In this document: positions 61,221-64,000 of the stretch, piece after piece
Layout: the number at the start of each line of letters is the position of its first letter
Numbering within the stretch: position 1 is the stretch's first letter
Assembly (NCBI RefSeq): GCF_001194135.2
Contig: NC_068988.1
Span: 84,442,744 to 84,506,743 of the forward strand
Origin: Octopus bimaculoides
Lineage: Eukaryota
Direction: 5' to 3'
DNA length: 64,000 bases
The notes under the pieces: model-generated
What the model saw: the letters and a program-made list of their open reading frames with translations, nothing else
What the model was told of the DNA's origin: nothing
The model's database searches: none
Translations under genes and position numbers: made by a program

Positions 61221-64000
61221 TTTATATATTTAATCCTTTATATATTTAATCCTTTATATTGAACACTCAATATTTCATCTATTCAATAAGACATATTCCA
61301 TATATTCAATAAGACATTCAATACTTTATTTCATTGTACCATCCATTTTTATTTTATATTACATATTGTATATTCCATATTCTATATCCCACATTGGTTT
61401 TGCACCAATATAAATAAAACATAAAAAACAGACAGTGTTGGAACTCTTTTAAACAAAATAATATATTCCTCTATACACAATCATACAAAACCCCTTTTTT
61501 TGTATTTATTTTTACTCGCATAAATCTGGATAGGATGCTAGTTTGATGCACAGCAGTATTCTCCAATGATCTGTTGCTCATTGTAGCTAACTCAGTGAAG
61601 TGATGTAGGTAGATTTGCTTTCCCACAAAGGGAAATGCACAATGAAGCAAAGTGCCTGGAGTGAATTTGAATTGAAGACTTATAAGCTAGTCATACAATA
61701 ATTAATCTTCATATTAGATATTTAAATGCTAGTTTGAAACAGAAAAATAGTAATCCTACTGACAAGACCCTGACCATGAATATATTGTTTGTTGGGCAAC
61801 TGGATTAGCAATTGTGCTACAGAGCACATGTCATTTCCTCTCTTAATATTAGATACTATAATGTGGTTTACTGCTATTTTGATTAAGGCACTGAATATCT
61901 GCTTGATAATTCACCAACAGGATAGGTTGTATCCAGTTCATTTGGTGGGAGTTACCTATGTAACATATTTTAATTTTGTATCATCAACATTGGTTGAAAT
62001 AATTGGTGGATTGCTTCTATTATCAGTTGAAGCCTATCTGAGAACTTGAACTTGGCATTGGAATCTAACAAATCACTTATTAATCTATAGCACTTCTGGG
62101 TACTTATCTACCATCAAATGGACTAGACTATGCATTCAGTATTGCCTCAGTTAAATATGAACTTTTGAACCTTTGGTTGGTAGTTTGATTCATAACTGAG
62201 TCAGTTGTACGAAGCTGTGCATCTCCTCCTGTGTATGGTGATTAACCATTGAAGAATCAAACTAGACTGAGTTTGACATTTACTTTTATAGCAACATTTA
62301 TAACTCGGCCCTCTCTACTATCTTTTGCTAAAATGAAAAGGGAATAATTTACTGATTGGATTATGTTAATGGTTTACTTGCTCAAAAGTCTTGAGTTTAA
62401 ATCTACTGCACATGTCATGTTTCTTTCAGAGCATTTTTATCTTATATTGCATCAGTTCAACTACCTGTCTGTTTGGAATATCCCCTGTGATTGATTGGTG
62501 TGCTTTTCAGGGCTAGATTTAGCTCTCATCAGCTTCAAGCTATGAAGCTGAAGTTAAACCCTAACCTCTTAAAAGTTTGTCAGAATTCAGGAGGCTTTTA
62601 TATTTTATCTGGAGAATTTGTTTCTCATGCAGTTAATGCAGTGAAATGAGACACTTAGATTTACATTTACCTATTATAATATTATAAAAAATAATTTCAA
62701 TGACTTAGAGGAGGAAAAGCAGCATCTATGATTCTTTACAGGGCCTTTGAAAGTTGTGTGGGGGAGGGACTAATTTACTCTCAGATTAAAGAACAGTATA
62801 GAATTTCACTAAAGGCATGTATGGGTCAGGTAGCAGTGTTAAACTGGATAATAGATTAATTTTACTGTACCAAAATAGAGATGATTCCTACAACAGTCTT
62901 CCACAGGGTTTCCGTCTTCCAAATTTCACTGAAAAGGTTTTAGTCCAATTAAGCTATGGTAGAAGACACTTGTCCGAAGTACACTGTAGGATCGAACATG
63001 AAACCAAGTTGTTGTGAAGCAAATTTCTTAACTGCACAGCCAGATCTTCTTGGAACCGTCTTATTAGTCATGTTTTCCTTTGTGACCACTTCTTTAACCA
63101 CATCCACTTTACCCAATTTTGTTCCTGTCCTGCTGCCCCAGTCTAGGAAGATTGGAACCAAATTATAAATACTATGACATTGCCCTTTTTTTCAGATAAT
63201 CAAATAAAGACATGATTTATAAAATAGATTTTAACTTACGCTTATACAGTTATTGTTATAAATTACTTTCTAAAGTTTTCTTTCAGTTGGCTTTACTCTT
63301 CATGTGCCTTTACTTTGGTCTTTCCTACTGCCACTTGGAAAACTTATAGTTGTTGTTGTTAATGATAAGTTGCTGTTGTTTATGTTTGCTTTATAAGCTT
63401 TATTCCTTCTACTTCAATTATTATTATTATTTTTTTGTTGTTATTTTTTGTCAATCTCATCTCATTTAATCTAGTTTTAATATCTGAAGTAATTCCTAAT
63501 CTATGTTCTTTTGATTGTTCCTTACTTTCAGTACACACTAGAAAGAGAACTGTTATCCAGTTGGTTTAAAACTGATAGTTCTCCCTCAGTAAGTTAGCTG
63601 ACTTCTTCAGTATTTTTGTAACCATATATCAGATTAAATACCCTGTCCATATTATTTTCAGTTAATTTTGAAAATAATCAAGAATTTGGGCAGATTTAGC
63701 AAAACAATGTTTTCAGTATTTGGTATATTAAGCTGGTGTTTGGAATTTGGATCTGCTCAGTATCCAGGTCTTCTGCAACAAACTCCTTTTTAGAAATTTC
63801 TTTAATAAAAAAGCCTGAAAAACTAGTGAGAGTTTTTATACAGTCACTGGACCTATTCAGTGTGAGTAAACCTATCAACATTTTTAAAGCCAAGCCTATA
63901 AGGAAATTTTTACCTCTTGCAAGAAATAGCAGCCAAATCATATCCTACTGTCTTAAAAAGAAAGGACACATTGGATTATGGAATCTTAGATACAGTATGG

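Noticed and set aside
1-64000. CRISPR array, rRNA, prokaryotic operon or defence system
   Set aside because: There are no repeat-spacer arrays, rRNA-like sequence or dense prokaryotic ORFs. The tandem repeats seen have no unique spacers.

Overview
AT-rich, microsatellite-laden eukaryotic genomic DNA with nine N-gaps, not a prokaryotic window. The repeat families (tRNA-derived SINEs, RTE tails ending in (GAT)n, Penelope-like and Tc1/mariner relics) look like those of coleoid cephalopods, most likely Octopus; this is an inference from recalled family motifs, with no database search. One host gene start is supportable: a CCAAT/ETS/YY1 promoter (~8605-8805) and a first coding exon (8799-8874) encoding a hydrophobic signal-peptide-like N-terminus with a GTGAGT donor. 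No downstream exon could be identified with confidence. The CpG-depleted 12-64 kb is probably gene body or intron, filled with decayed transposons (CR1-like and RTE LINEs, Penelope RT, a fragmented Ty3/Gypsy, Merlin, two mariners, maT-like, Tc1-like, Helentron-like, several SINE families). The most interesting signals are: (1) a near-canonical type I hammerhead ribozyme with a palindromic helix III and a long extended helix I at 51865-51967, on the host-gene sense strand, plus two unrelated degenerate hammerhead-like motifs (116-151 minus, 61177-61220 plus); (2) an isolated CpG-rich, mirror-symmetric promoter module (E-box/CCAAT ... CCAAT/E-box, central E2F-type site, TATA) at ~53820-54030; (3) several fold-back DNA structures. 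Most ORFs in the supplied track are microsatellite or N-gap artefacts.
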